DNA of 64,000 nt from Nannocystales bacterium (GTDB lineage: Bacteria > Myxococcota_A > Polyangia > Nannocystales > Nannocystaceae): assembly GCA_050633305.1 (NCBI GenBank), contig JBOEGF010000015.1:128001-192000 (forward strand). Direction: 5' to 3'. The notes below the pieces were generated by a model that worked only from the letters and a program-made list of their open reading frames with translations, searched no databases and was not told the DNA's origin. The position numbers and the translations under genes were made by a program. Positions 18,447 through 27,193 of this stretch are shown one piece after another (the first letter of the stretch is position 1; each line of letters begins with the position of its first letter).

Positions 18447-19181
18447 TCAGCCCTCCCCCTCGGTGCCTGGTCGGGTCTTCCAACGACGATCAGAGCCGGG
18501 CAGCCGGGGAAGCATCGTCACCGGCCAGCCGTTCTTGTCCTCCACCTCGTCGATGTCGGATGTCAGCATCCAGAGTCCGTACTGGCGATGGTCTTGCCCG
18601 TTTGGCTTCCCCTTCGCGTTCTTCCCAGGGCCACGAAAACCGATGCCCCCGGGAACCCACAGACACCGTTTCACCCACTTGGCGTTGTCGCGCAGCCAAT
18701 CCGAAGCCTCTTCGCCGCGAACGTTTGCTTCGACCGGAGCGAACAGCCACACGAACGTCGACCAGCAGAGAAAGGTGTCGGCGTAGTCCCGGAACAGCTT
18801 GAAGTCCGGGTTCGTCGCGACCAGGTCGAACCGGAAATCGTCCATCTCGAAGTTCCGGTCCCAGAGGTCCGCGTAGTGGAGTGCGTCACCGATGAGGACG
18901 ACATCGGCGTGGCGGTCCAGGTGGACGGCCTCTTCCTCGCGCTTCTCGATCGCGGTGATGCGGGCGTCGGGCCAGCGCTCGCGCATCCCCGCAGACCAGG
19001 CCCCCGACCCTGCTCCGGGGTCGCAGGCGTGCCGGATATGGCCGTGGAACCCGGGCCCCGCGAGGGAGCACGCGTACTCGAGGCACTGGCGCACAACCGG
19101 CATGGGCGTAAAGTCGGCGCCGTGCTCCCGCAGCCGCTCCTCGTCGAGCACCTCGGGGTGGGTCAGGGCGAAGTCACCCAT
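18447..19181 (-). CDS. Orphan amino (N6A/N4C) DNA methyltransferase
   Basis: DFTP, CDPGAGSGAW, AIE, GDAL, ATNPDF. Confidence 0.75.
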   Translation of the reverse strand: MGDFALTHPEVLDEERLREHGADFTPMPVVRQCLEYACSLAGPGFHGHIRHACDPGAGSGAWSAGMRERWPDARITAIEKREEEAVHLDRHADVVLIGDALHYADLWDRNFEMDDFRFDLVATNPDFKLFRDYADTFLCWSTFVWLFAPVEANVRGEEASDWLRDNAKWVKRCLWVPGGIGFRGPGKNAKGKPNGQDHRQYGLWMLTSDIDEVEDKNGWPVTMLPRLPGSDRRWKTRPGTEGEG

Positions 19182-19515
19182 GCTGGCCCCTCCGAACCCC
19201 GGCGATGAACCGGCCCCACGGGGTCAACTCCGCAGCGGTCGTCTTGAACGTCACCAGGCCGAGGTCGGCGAGGCGTTCGACTTTCGCGAGGCGCTCTCCA
19301 TGGCTGGGCAGGTACTTCGCGATCGCCAGCCGCCCCCGCACGTCTGCGGGCATCGGGATGCGGTCGCCTTCTCCAAGCTCCAGCTCCCGAAGCATCGAGA
19401 GTTCGGGCGCACTGAGGTACACGCCCGCGGCCAGTGCTTCGGCCGCGCGCCGGTCGGCCTCGAGGTCCTCGGGGGCCTTCGGGAAGGCGCTCACAGCTTC
19501 CACCACCTTCGCCAC
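19174..19515 (-). CDS. Phage hypothetical protein, wHTH-like C-terminus
   Basis: LADLGLV...ELTPWGR. Confidence 0.5.
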   Translation of the reverse strand: MAKVVEAVSAFPKAPEDLEADRRAAEALAAGVYLSAPELSMLRELELGEGDRIPMPADVRGRLAIAKYLPSHGERLAKVERLADLGLVTFKTTAAELTPWGRFIAGVRRGQHG

Positions 19516-19943
19516 TGCTGGGGGAGAACCGTCTCGACGTACGCCCGTCCCGCCTCGTTCTGGAGGTCAGCCGCCTTCACGACCCGGAGCGCAGGGACGG
19601 TGTGCCTCCGCATCTTCCCGTCCTCCCCCTTCGCCATCATGCTGGCGGACCCGGATGAGAGCTTGAACGGCTTGCCCACCCACAGGTCGAGGTTCCCGCC
19701 CAGGTGCCACGCGAGTCGGTACAGGTTCGTCTTGTTGAGAACCCACTGCTTTCGCTCGTCCACGGGACGCTTCTGCATGTGGGCCAGGTCGACGACGAGC
19801 GCCGACTTCTTCCCGCCGCCACCGAGTTGAAGTTGTTCGCGGTTGACGTCGTGGATGTGCAGCGTGGGTGTCTTCCCTCGCAGGTCTGCGGCCTTGAGGT
19901 ACTGACTCGGGAACGCCAGGGTGACGTCGACTTCTTCGAGCAT
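19491..19943 (-). CDS. Putative ssDNA-binding/annealing partner of the exonuclease
   Basis: FPSQYLKAADL...LNKTN...WVGK pattern; directly downstream of the RecE-like gene. Confidence 0.55.
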   Translation of the reverse strand: MLEEVDVTLAFPSQYLKAADLRGKTPTLHIHDVNREQLQLGGGGKKSALVVDLAHMQKRPVDERKQWVLNKTNLYRLAWHLGGNLDLWVGKPFKLSSGSASMMAKGEDGKMRRHTVPALRVVKAADLQNEAGRAYVETVLPQQWRRWWKL

Positions 19944-20890
19944 CAGACCTCGACCCCCTTGCCGCCCATCGTCAGTTCGGGCGTTCCCATCGCGAACTCG
20001 ATCTTGTTCAGGATCGGGCCGGGAACGGGCAGTGGGTCTCGCCCTCCGCCAGGTGCACCGGGCTCGAACGCCTTGCGGAAGTCCGCGGCCTCTTCGCAAC
20101 GCTGCAACTCTCCGAGCACCCGGAGCGTCTCGATCTCCCCCCACTGCGCGGCCGGGCTGTCGGGGTAAGTCCAGAACCAGGAGACCTGCGGGTAGCGGGT
20201 CCCCGTCTCGACGAAGATGTGCACCATCGTCGCGTTGCGGCCGAAGACTTGCCGGTACGCTTCGAGGTAGAGCCAGGCCTTGCGCGAGTAGCCGAGCCGT
20301 TCCCAGGCCCACGCGTTCTTCTCGTCCGGAACCGCGCTCTTCGTCGTCTTGAGCTCGACGATGATGTCCCGGTCTGGGATGACGCGGTCGAGCTTGGCGC
20401 GCATGGGTCGGCCGAACTCTTCGACGTTGAAGTGCAGCGCAATCTCGTTGAGGCCCCCTTTGCACGTGAGCAGCTCCATCACAGCCGGATTCGAGCCCAT
20501 TGCGTCTGCCATTGGCTTCACATCGGCCATCTGGTCGAGGGTGACGACCGTCTTGCCGGCTTTCTCCGCGGCAGCTCTCCAAGCCTTGTAGACCTTCGAG
20601 GCCCGGTGAATGCACTTGCCAGGCTTGTCCGGGTCCTCGGGCTCGATGGCGTAGCGCTTCTCGACCTCGTCAGGCTCGAGGCACAGGCAGTGGAACAGCG
20701 ACCCGAACGCCATCGCCGGTGTCGTCTTCTGCTCGAACCGTCCGGCTCGCCACGCTGCGAAGTTCCGAGGGTTGCCCTCGAACAGGTCGAGCGCTGAGCC
20801 GGACAGCCGCTGGCGGTCGGAGTGGTAGGCCGCGTCGCTTTCGTACTCGGCGATGCGGGCGGGTTGGAGTGTTGCCAGGTTGGACGTCAT
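19943..20890 (-). CDS. RecE-like PD-(D/E)XK exonuclease (DUF3799-like)
   Basis: YH...LSGSAL, AMAFGSLFHCLCLEP, RAKLD, IVELKTT. Confidence 0.82.
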   Translation of the reverse strand: MTSNLATLQPARIAEYESDAAYHSDRQRLSGSALDLFEGNPRNFAAWRAGRFEQKTTPAMAFGSLFHCLCLEPDEVEKRYAIEPEDPDKPGKCIHRASKVYKAWRAAAEKAGKTVVTLDQMADVKPMADAMGSNPAVMELLTCKGGLNEIALHFNVEEFGRPMRAKLDRVIPDRDIIVELKTTKSAVPDEKNAWAWERLGYSRKAWLYLEAYRQVFGRNATMVHIFVETGTRYPQVSWFWTYPDSPAAQWGEIETLRVLGELQRCEEAADFRKAFEPGAPGGGRDPLPVPGPILNKIEFAMGTPELTMGGKGVEV

Positions 20891-21156
20891 TTCGTGCTCG
20901 CTTTCCACTGTTGGTGCGCCCGCTCGATGGCGGCCGCGAGTTGTTCGGGGTCTCCGGGCTCCGCGTAGACGGTCGGGTTCGCGATCAGCCACGCCGTCCG
21001 GTCTTCGACCGGCTGGGACCAGTGGTCCGCCGGGACGTCGATCGTGACCGGGATGCCGTTGGTCTCTTGGAGCCCCACGCTTGCCGGCATCTCGGCGAGC
21101 AGCTCGAGTGCCCGCGCGAATCGTTGGGTGCGGGCCGCTGCCTCTGCGACGCTCAC
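20887..21156 (-). CDS. Phage hypothetical protein
   Basis: Coupled ORF. Confidence 0.5.
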   Translation of the reverse strand: MSVAEAAARTQRFARALELLAEMPASVGLQETNGIPVTIDVPADHWSQPVEDRTAWLIANPTVYAEPGDPEQLAAAIERAHQQWKASTK

Positions 21157-21254
21157 AGGTTCCGCCGCCCTTCGAGGAACAGGGCCAGGAGGACGCCCAG
21201 GACGGCGACGACGGCCAGCACCGCCAACGCGAGATCATCGTTCCACCACGTCAT
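21153..21254 (-). CDS. 33-aa single-TM peptide; below the ORF-track cutoff
   Basis: MTWWNDDLALAVLAVVAVLGVLLALFLEGRRNL; coupled at both ends. Confidence 0.55.
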   Translation of the reverse strand: MTWWNDDLALAVLAVVAVLGVLLALFLEGRRNL

Positions 21255-21448
21255 GACTGCTCCCCGATCAGGTCGCGGACGGTTTGGTCGTGGGGCTCGC
21301 GGATCCGCCAGCACTTCGCGACGGGCCTCCACTCGCGATGCGTCGCCGGGACCAACTCCCGCAGCTTCGAGATCAGCGCCTGGTCGTACGGACCGATCAG
21401 GACGTAGTGGTCCCCGCGGACCGACTTGTTCAGCCTGTGCGCGCTCAT
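21251..21448 (-). CDS. Phage hypothetical protein
   Basis: ATGA coupling; PYD...VP..REWRP..KCW. Confidence 0.55.
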   Translation of the reverse strand: MSAHRLNKSVRGDHYVLIGPYDQALISKLRELVPATHREWRPVAKCWRIREPHDQTVRDLIGEQS

Positions 21449-21684
21449 CGTCGACCCTCGCAATAGGTGCCGAACCCCGGGGCCTCGGTCGGAGCAGAGT
21501 GTCGGTCGGAGCGATGACCGGGGCCCGGGGTGCGGCGAAGTCGTTTCAGCGTCGTCTCAAGTCGGCGGACGCTTCGGGTGATGTGGCCGACAGCTACGAT
21601 CGTGGCTCGTCGCGCCTCGCGGCAGACCTCGACCGAGTCGGCCTGGTCGTGCAGCTCGTTGCCGTGCAGGTGGTACTCAGGCAT
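21445..21684 (-). CDS. Phage hypothetical protein
   Basis: Overlaps the integrase stop. Confidence 0.4.
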   Translation of the reverse strand: MPEYHLHGNELHDQADSVEVCREARRATIVAVGHITRSVRRLETTLKRLRRTPGPGHRSDRHSAPTEAPGFGTYCEGRR

Positions 21685-22831
21685 CGAACCCGTCCTCCTG
21701 TCGCAGCGCATTGAGCAGGAAGTCGATCGACTGAGCTGTGCCCTGGTCCGTGTCGACGCCGTTGGGCTTCAGCTTCTCCAGGACATCAACCGGCACGTCG
21801 CGGAGCAGGGAACTCCGAATCAGCAGGTCTCGAAGTGCGCCTAGGTCGACCTTCGGTTGCGGCGCGGCAACGTCCGGCGCGTCCCCGAGCAATCGGTCCG
21901 CCGTTCGCTGCGCAGCTTTGCTCGCCTTCCTCGGCTTCGCGTCGCCGACGTAGCGTCGTGTCGTTCGGATATCGAGATGCCCGAGCATCGTCGCGACGGT
22001 TTCGAGAGGCTCGGTCTCGTGCATCGCCTCCGCGAGCGTGTGCCGTAGGTCGTGCGTAACCGTCCTTGGGTCGATGCCGACCGCAGCGAACGCCGCCTTC
22101 CGGGCCGTGCTGAGGTCGGTGATGTTTCCCTCCGCCCCTTTGCCCGGAAAGAACCAGACCCCATGCTCGGGGAATCCGGGGATGTCGCCGGCGATGATGT
22201 CGTCGAGCAGCTTCGCGCCCTGCCGCGGCACCGGGATTTGTTTGTCGGAGCTTCGGTGAGCTCGGACCTTGTCTTTCGGCAACGTCAGGATCCGGTTGGC
22301 CGAGTCCCAGCAGTGCCGACGGGCGAAACAAGCCTCGCCCGCCCGCATCCCCGTCGACTCGATGAGTAGCAGCGCCGCCGCCGGAACACGGGTGATGCTC
22401 TTCACCTCGAGGTCGAGGTACGTGATGCCCCGCAACAAGCGGAACAGCTCCACCGCCTTGGGCTGCGGAACAGGGCGCCGAACTGGCTTCGGCTGCCTGA
22501 GCAGCTTGATGCTCGACGCCGGGTTGTAGCCGTCGACGATCAGGCCGTTGTTGATGCCGAAGTCGCCTGTTCGCCGCGCCTCTGCCAGCGCGTTCCGCCC
22601 TACGGTTACGCCTTGTTCAGACGCCACACCGGCTTGCATCTGAGCAAGCTCGAAGGGCTTGATGCTTGACCAATGCCGACCCTTGAACCAGGTCAGCAGG
22701 CCGAAGCGCGCATATCGTTGGTACGCCTTGAAAGACGTGTTCTTGAGCAGTCCGTGCTCAACTTGGGCCAGCCGTGCCTGTTCAAAGGCAGCGACCAGCG
22801 ACTCTACGGTCGGTTCTGGGAGCAGTGCCAT
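21677..22831 (-). CDS. int: Tyrosine integrase/recombinase
   Basis: TGMRAGE, K, HDLRHT, LGH, TTRRY catalytic set; start uncertain because the frame is open further upstream. Confidence 0.93.
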   Translation of the reverse strand: MALLPEPTVESLVAAFEQARLAQVEHGLLKNTSFKAYQRYARFGLLTWFKGRHWSSIKPFELAQMQAGVASEQGVTVGRNALAEARRTGDFGINNGLIVDGYNPASSIKLLRQPKPVRRPVPQPKAVELFRLLRGITYLDLEVKSITRVPAAALLLIESTGMRAGEACFARRHCWDSANRILTLPKDKVRAHRSSDKQIPVPRQGAKLLDDIIAGDIPGFPEHGVWFFPGKGAEGNITDLSTARKAAFAAVGIDPRTVTHDLRHTLAEAMHETEPLETVATMLGHLDIRTTRRYVGDAKPRKASKAAQRTADRLLGDAPDVAAPQPKVDLGALRDLLIRSSLLRDVPVDVLEKLKPNGVDTDQGTAQSIDFLLNALRQEDGFDA

Positions 22832-23112
22832 CTGGTGTCCTGCGTCCCCCGGGCGGTAGCCGGCTTCTGGCGCTTTCGCGCCGAACGTCAGTGCACTGCT
22901 GTCGGTGTGTGAATCCTGATCTGGACCAACGCTGCTCGGTTGTCCAGGAGTATTTTTCCCGGTACAGGTCGCTAAGTACGCGTGTGTCCGCGATTCAGGA
23001 CGATTCGCCGGGATGGCGTGTGGCGTTCTGCGGGGATGGCATCCCGCGGACTGCTCGGTTGAGGGCCGTTTCGGGGGGCTCTGATCCCGCAGATAATGCC
23101 ATAGTGCCCGCC

Positions 23113-24261
23113 GTGCCTCTCGAAGCGCGATTGCGCCAACGGCTGGCCGCACTGGACGCACAGGGACTCCGCCGGGAGCTTCCCGAGGTCCGGGAGAGGC
23201 GCGGGGTCCAGTACCTGCACGGAGACCGGGAAGTGGTGGGGTTCTGCTCCAACGACTACCTCGGACTCTCCGAAGCGCCGCAGACGACCGGCGCTCCCGC
23301 CGGCGCCGCATCCTCTCGGCTGATCTGCGGCGACCTCGACCTCCACCGCGACGCCGAGCAGGAACTCGCGGCGCTCGCCGACCAAGAAGAGGCCGTGCTC
23401 TTCCCGAGCGGGTTCCAGCTCAACGTCGGCGTGCTTCCTTCGCTCCTGTCCTCCGAAGACAGGGTCTTCTCGGACGCACTCAACCACGCCTCGATCATCG
23501 ATGGGCTGCGCCTGAGCAAGGCACCGCGCACGATCCTCCCGCACCTTGCACCCCCACCAAGAGACTCAACATCCGGGCCCGGTGGAATCCGCTGGTGGGT
23601 CACGGAGTCCGTGTTCTCCATGGACGGGGATGCCGCGAACGTCGAAGGCCTGCGCACTGCGCTGGAGGACGGGTTCTGCGTGTATATGGACGACGCGCAC
23701 GGGTTCGGCCTTCACGACGGCGGTCGGGGCTGGCCCCAGGCTCACGGGCTCCGCCCAAGCCTCTATATAGGGACCCTGAGCAAAGCGCTCGGGTGCGCAG
23801 GCGCGTTCGTAGCCGGCTCGCGGACCGTCTGCGACTGGATCCGTACTCGGGCTCGAAGCTTCGTCTTTAGTACCGGCACCAGCCCACGAGTGGTCGAGTC
23901 GATCCTCAGCGGCCTTGCGCTCCTCAAGGGCGGGGCAGGGGACGCTGCCCGGAGCCGTCTGCGCCAGAATCTCGAACACCTCGCCAACGCGCTCCGATTG
24001 CCGCGCGTCCCCGTGACTCCCATCGTTCCGATCGTCCTGGGCAGCAACGAACGGGCGGTCGCGGTGGCGAGCCAACTGCTCGCACGCGGCTGGCACGTCC
24101 AAGCGATCCGTCCGCCGACAGTACCGCTCGGAGCCGCTCGGTTGCGGCTCACTCTCAGCGCCACTCACCAGCCCGAACACATCGACGGTCTTGTCGCCGC
24201 CCTCCGTGACGTGCTCGGCCCACAACACAGCGACCTCGCATCTTCAGCGCCCACACCATGA
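23113..24261 (+). CDS. bioF: 8-amino-7-oxononanoate synthase
   Basis: FCSNDYLGL, DALNHASIIDG, ESVFSMDGD, GTLSKALG, AIRPPTVP. Confidence 0.95.
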   Translation: MPLEARLRQRLAALDAQGLRRELPEVRERRGVQYLHGDREVVGFCSNDYLGLSEAPQTTGAPAGAASSRLICGDLDLHRDAEQELAALADQEEAVLFPSGFQLNVGVLPSLLSSEDRVFSDALNHASIIDGLRLSKAPRTILPHLAPPPRDSTSGPGGIRWWVTESVFSMDGDAANVEGLRTALEDGFCVYMDDAHGFGLHDGGRGWPQAHGLRPSLYIGTLSKALGCAGAFVAGSRTVCDWIRTRARSFVFSTGTSPRVVESILSGLALLKGGAGDAARSRLRQNLEHLANALRLPRVPVTPIVPIVLGSNERAVAVASQLLARGWHVQAIRPPTVPLGAARLRLTLSATHQPEHIDGLVAALRDVLGPQHSDLASSAPTP

Positions 24262-24992
24262 CCGAGCGCGTCTTCTTTGTCGGAACCAACACCGGCGTCG
24301 GTAAGACCGCGTTGGTCTGTTCGCTGCTGCGATGGGCGGAAGCCCAGGATCTTCGCGTCGCCCCGTTCAAGCCGGCACAGAGTGGGGACACCGAGTCACC
24401 GACCGATGTGGAACGACTCCTCGACGCTGCAGGAATCTCGCGCGACCATTCCATGTCGGCCTGCCCGCTGACCTATCCAGAGCCACTCGCTCCGGGAATC
24501 GCCGAAGATCCTGCCCCGTTCCTTCGGCCTCCCGCCGCCAACGTCGACCCGCTCCCCGACGCCCTCGAGCTCACGCGCGACCGCCTCGAGACGTGGGAGC
24601 TTCAACGCCAAGCCGACTACGTCTTCGTCGAAGGGGCGGGCGGACTGCATGTTCCGATGCCCGGCGGGACCTGGCAGACCGAGTGGATCCGTGCACTTGC
24701 GGACTCCGTGGTGCTGGTCGCATCCAGTGGGCTCGGCACGATCAACCACACTCTTCTCACCCTCGACGCGCTCGACGACGAAGGCTTCGATGTGTTGGGC
24801 GTGTACTTCGTCGACCCCGATGAGGACGACGATCCGTCCCGTGAGGACAACGCGCAGATCATCGCGACGGCCCGCGGGATCAACGTGCTTGGCCGCCTCC
24901 CTTTCCTCGCGGAGCCCGATGGCCGCGGCACGACCGACCTGTTGACCCCGCTCCTTGAAGCCATGCGGTCACGCGCACCCACCGAGAGCTGA
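24258..24992 (+). CDS. bioD: Dethiobiotin synthetase
   Basis: GTNTGVGKT, FKPAQSG, VEGAGG, LGTINHT. Confidence 0.95.
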   Translation: MTERVFFVGTNTGVGKTALVCSLLRWAEAQDLRVAPFKPAQSGDTESPTDVERLLDAAGISRDHSMSACPLTYPEPLAPGIAEDPAPFLRPPAANVDPLPDALELTRDRLETWELQRQADYVFVEGAGGLHVPMPGGTWQTEWIRALADSVVLVASSGLGTINHTLLTLDALDDEGFDVLGVYFVDPDEDDDPSREDNAQIIATARGINVLGRLPFLAEPDGRGTTDLLTPLLEAMRSRAPTES

Positions 24993-25039
24993 TTGGCGTC
25001 CGGCTCGCGACGGGCGAAGAGCCGTCGTAGACTCCGCGG

Positions 25040-26473
25040 ATGCGACTCGGCTCGACCCTGACCGCGGTGTGTCTCGCGACTCTCGCCTCCAACGCATCGG
25101 CAGCGCCGGCGCAAGAAGAAGGCATCGAACCCGTCGAACCGCAAGTGTACGGCGGCGCCCCAGCCGAGGTTTGCCAGTGGCCGACGACAGTCGCGGTGAC
25201 CGGAGGGGGCGGTCTGTGTACGGGCGCGCTCGTTCACCCCCGGCTCATCACCTACGCCGCACACTGTGGCGACGGCGAGAAGCAGATCCGTTTCGGCGAG
25301 AGCTCGACGACCGCCCTCACCCGTCAGACCGAACGGTGTGTGGCCAACCCGGACTACCTGGGCACCACCAACCAGGCGCAGGACTGGGCGTTCTGCATCC
25401 TCGCCGAGCCGATGCTCGACATCCCGTTCACGCCGCCCGCGTACGGTTGCGAGACGGACCTCATCCAAGAAGGGCAGGAGGTCTTTCTCGTGGGCTACGG
25501 CGACTCGAATGTCGGAAGCGCGGGGACGAAGCGGTGGGGCGAGAGTGTGATCGTCTCAACGTTCGGAGCCACAGCGCAGATCGGCGCCCAAGGAACCGGC
25601 ATCGCGACCTGCGAGGGTGACTCCGGCGGGACTGCATACCTGCCCATGGAGGACGGGTCCTTCCGGGCCATCTCCATGGTGTCGACTGGGCTCATCGGCT
25701 GCAACGACACGACCGGTACCCACGCGTTGATGCATCCCGCGATCCCTTGGATCGAGGAGACATCCCAGATCGACATCACCCCGTGCCATGACGCCGACGG
25801 TACGTGGAACCCCAACCCCAACTGCACGGGGTTCTTCGCCGGAGGGTCCACACCGCAGGGAGTCTGGGAGGACATGTGCGCGGGCACGCCCAGCACCGGA
25901 CCCTCGGTCACCTGTGGCGAGCCCTACGACGCGACACCCGACGAGGACCCGCCCGAGGTCACGGTCGCGTCACCGACCCACGGCACCGAACTCGATTCTG
26001 GCGCCCTCGTCACGATCGAGGTGGATGCCCTCGACAGCGGCTACGGCGTCGAAGAGGTCTGGATCGAAATCGACGGCATGGAGCAGGCGGTTCGCGAGAC
26101 CTATCCCCCCTTCGCATTCCCCGACGTTCCGTTCCCCGACGGGGTCTACACGATCGTCGCACACGCGGTGGACTGGGCTGGAAACGAAGGCGTGTCGGCC
26201 CCGGTCACCATCGGCATCAACGCCGAGGTGCCCGACACACCCGGCGGCTCGACGGGCAGCGCCGACTCCTCGGGCGATGGGACCGGGGACTCCAGCGGCG
26301 CCACAGATGGAGATGAGTCGACGGGCGACGTCACAGACTCGGGAGCCACGAGCGGTGCCCCCGATGCAACCGAGGACGGAGACGACGGATGCGGATGTTC
26401 GACCCCCACCGGTGGTGGTTGGTCCGGCCTTGTGATCTTGATCGGCCTGGTCGGCCTCCGTCGACGACGCTAG
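25040..26473 (+). CDS. Secreted trypsin-like protease with Ig-like domain and MYXO-CTERM
   Basis: Signal peptide; AAHC, DWAF, GDSGG; GCGC-TM-RRRR tail. Confidence 0.88.
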   Translation: MRLGSTLTAVCLATLASNASAAPAQEEGIEPVEPQVYGGAPAEVCQWPTTVAVTGGGGLCTGALVHPRLITYAAHCGDGEKQIRFGESSTTALTRQTERCVANPDYLGTTNQAQDWAFCILAEPMLDIPFTPPAYGCETDLIQEGQEVFLVGYGDSNVGSAGTKRWGESVIVSTFGATAQIGAQGTGIATCEGDSGGTAYLPMEDGSFRAISMVSTGLIGCNDTTGTHALMHPAIPWIEETSQIDITPCHDADGTWNPNPNCTGFFAGGSTPQGVWEDMCAGTPSTGPSVTCGEPYDATPDEDPPEVTVASPTHGTELDSGALVTIEVDALDSGYGVEEVWIEIDGMEQAVRETYPPFAFPDVPFPDGVYTIVAHAVDWAGNEGVSAPVTIGINAEVPDTPGGSTGSADSSGDGTGDSSGATDGDESTGDVTDSGATSGAPDATEDGDDGCGCSTPTGGGWSGLVILIGLVGLRRRR

Positions 26474-26484
26474 GAGGGGCTGCC

Positions 26485-27120
26485 ATGCCGCTTCGTTCCC
26501 GTACCCGCCGTCCCTTGGTCGTCCTTCTGTGCGCGGCGACGCTGTCGTGCACCAAGAGCCCAGCGGCCCCGACCACCGTTCCATCGCAACCGTCGCCCGC
26601 CGACGCAAACACCCCCGCACCTCCTCTGCTGGCGGGCGTCTACACGGAAGCCCAACCCAGCGACGACACGCTCCTTCACGAACTCTACGTCGCCTTCGAC
26701 GGGCAGGCTGTCCGCGTAGGACACCGCATGCTCGGCGAACCCGAAGATGCCGCGATCCCCACCTCCGCCAAGCTGTGCGAGGTCTACTTCGACACGAACA
26801 TCCAGTGGACACCGACGGGCTTCGTGGTTGCCACCGCAATGAGCGCCGAGAGCCAAGTCGGTTCGGTCAGCGTGTTTCTCGAGACCGAAGAGGACACCAG
26901 CGGAAGCTTCAGTTTCGACGGGTCAAGCTGCGAAGTTCAGCTCGTGCCTGGCGAGTACAAGGTCGAGCCCACAACCGAACTCGGCCCCGACGGTCGTCCC
27001 GCCGCGTTCGTCCTCCACCCACCCGCCGGGTCCGCTCAGCGCTTCACGGCTGCCGAACCCACCTCGTTTCAGGACTTGGGCCAGGCCCTGTGGGACGCGC
27101 TTCCACAGGCCGCGAACTAG
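26485..27120 (+). CDS. Hypothetical lipoprotein
   Basis: AGGAGG upstream; LSC lipobox. Confidence 0.65.
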   Translation: MPLRSRTRRPLVVLLCAATLSCTKSPAAPTTVPSQPSPADANTPAPPLLAGVYTEAQPSDDTLLHELYVAFDGQAVRVGHRMLGEPEDAAIPTSAKLCEVYFDTNIQWTPTGFVVATAMSAESQVGSVSVFLETEEDTSGSFSFDGSSCEVQLVPGEYKVEPTTELGPDGRPAAFVLHPPAGSAQRFTAAEPTSFQDLGQALWDALPQAAN

Positions 27121-27193
27121 AGACGTCCCCTAGCACGAACCCTCGACCCGTGTTCGCAAGGCCCGGCCACAAGACTCAGATGCGGTTGTGCCG

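Larger units (their letters stand above)
1..22950. mobile_element. Prophage, right-hand part; continues beyond the left window edge
   Basis: Integrase, exonuclease, resolvase, initiator, DnaB, terminase and portal-like genes in one minus-strand train of short, translationally coupled ORFs; host bioF follows. Right boundary approximate. Confidence 0.92.

Noticed and set aside
1..22950. Diversity-generating retroelement, retron or known defence island in the prophage
   Set aside because: No reverse transcriptase motifs, TR/VR pair or recognisable defence genes in the visible part.
23021..23101. tRNA at the prophage boundary
   Set aside because: Ends in GCCA but has no T-loop GTTC motif or cloverleaf.
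22832..23311. Long N-terminal extensions of int and bioF in the ORF track
   Set aside because: They overlap each other and look like open frames in GC-rich DNA; conserved sequence starts later.
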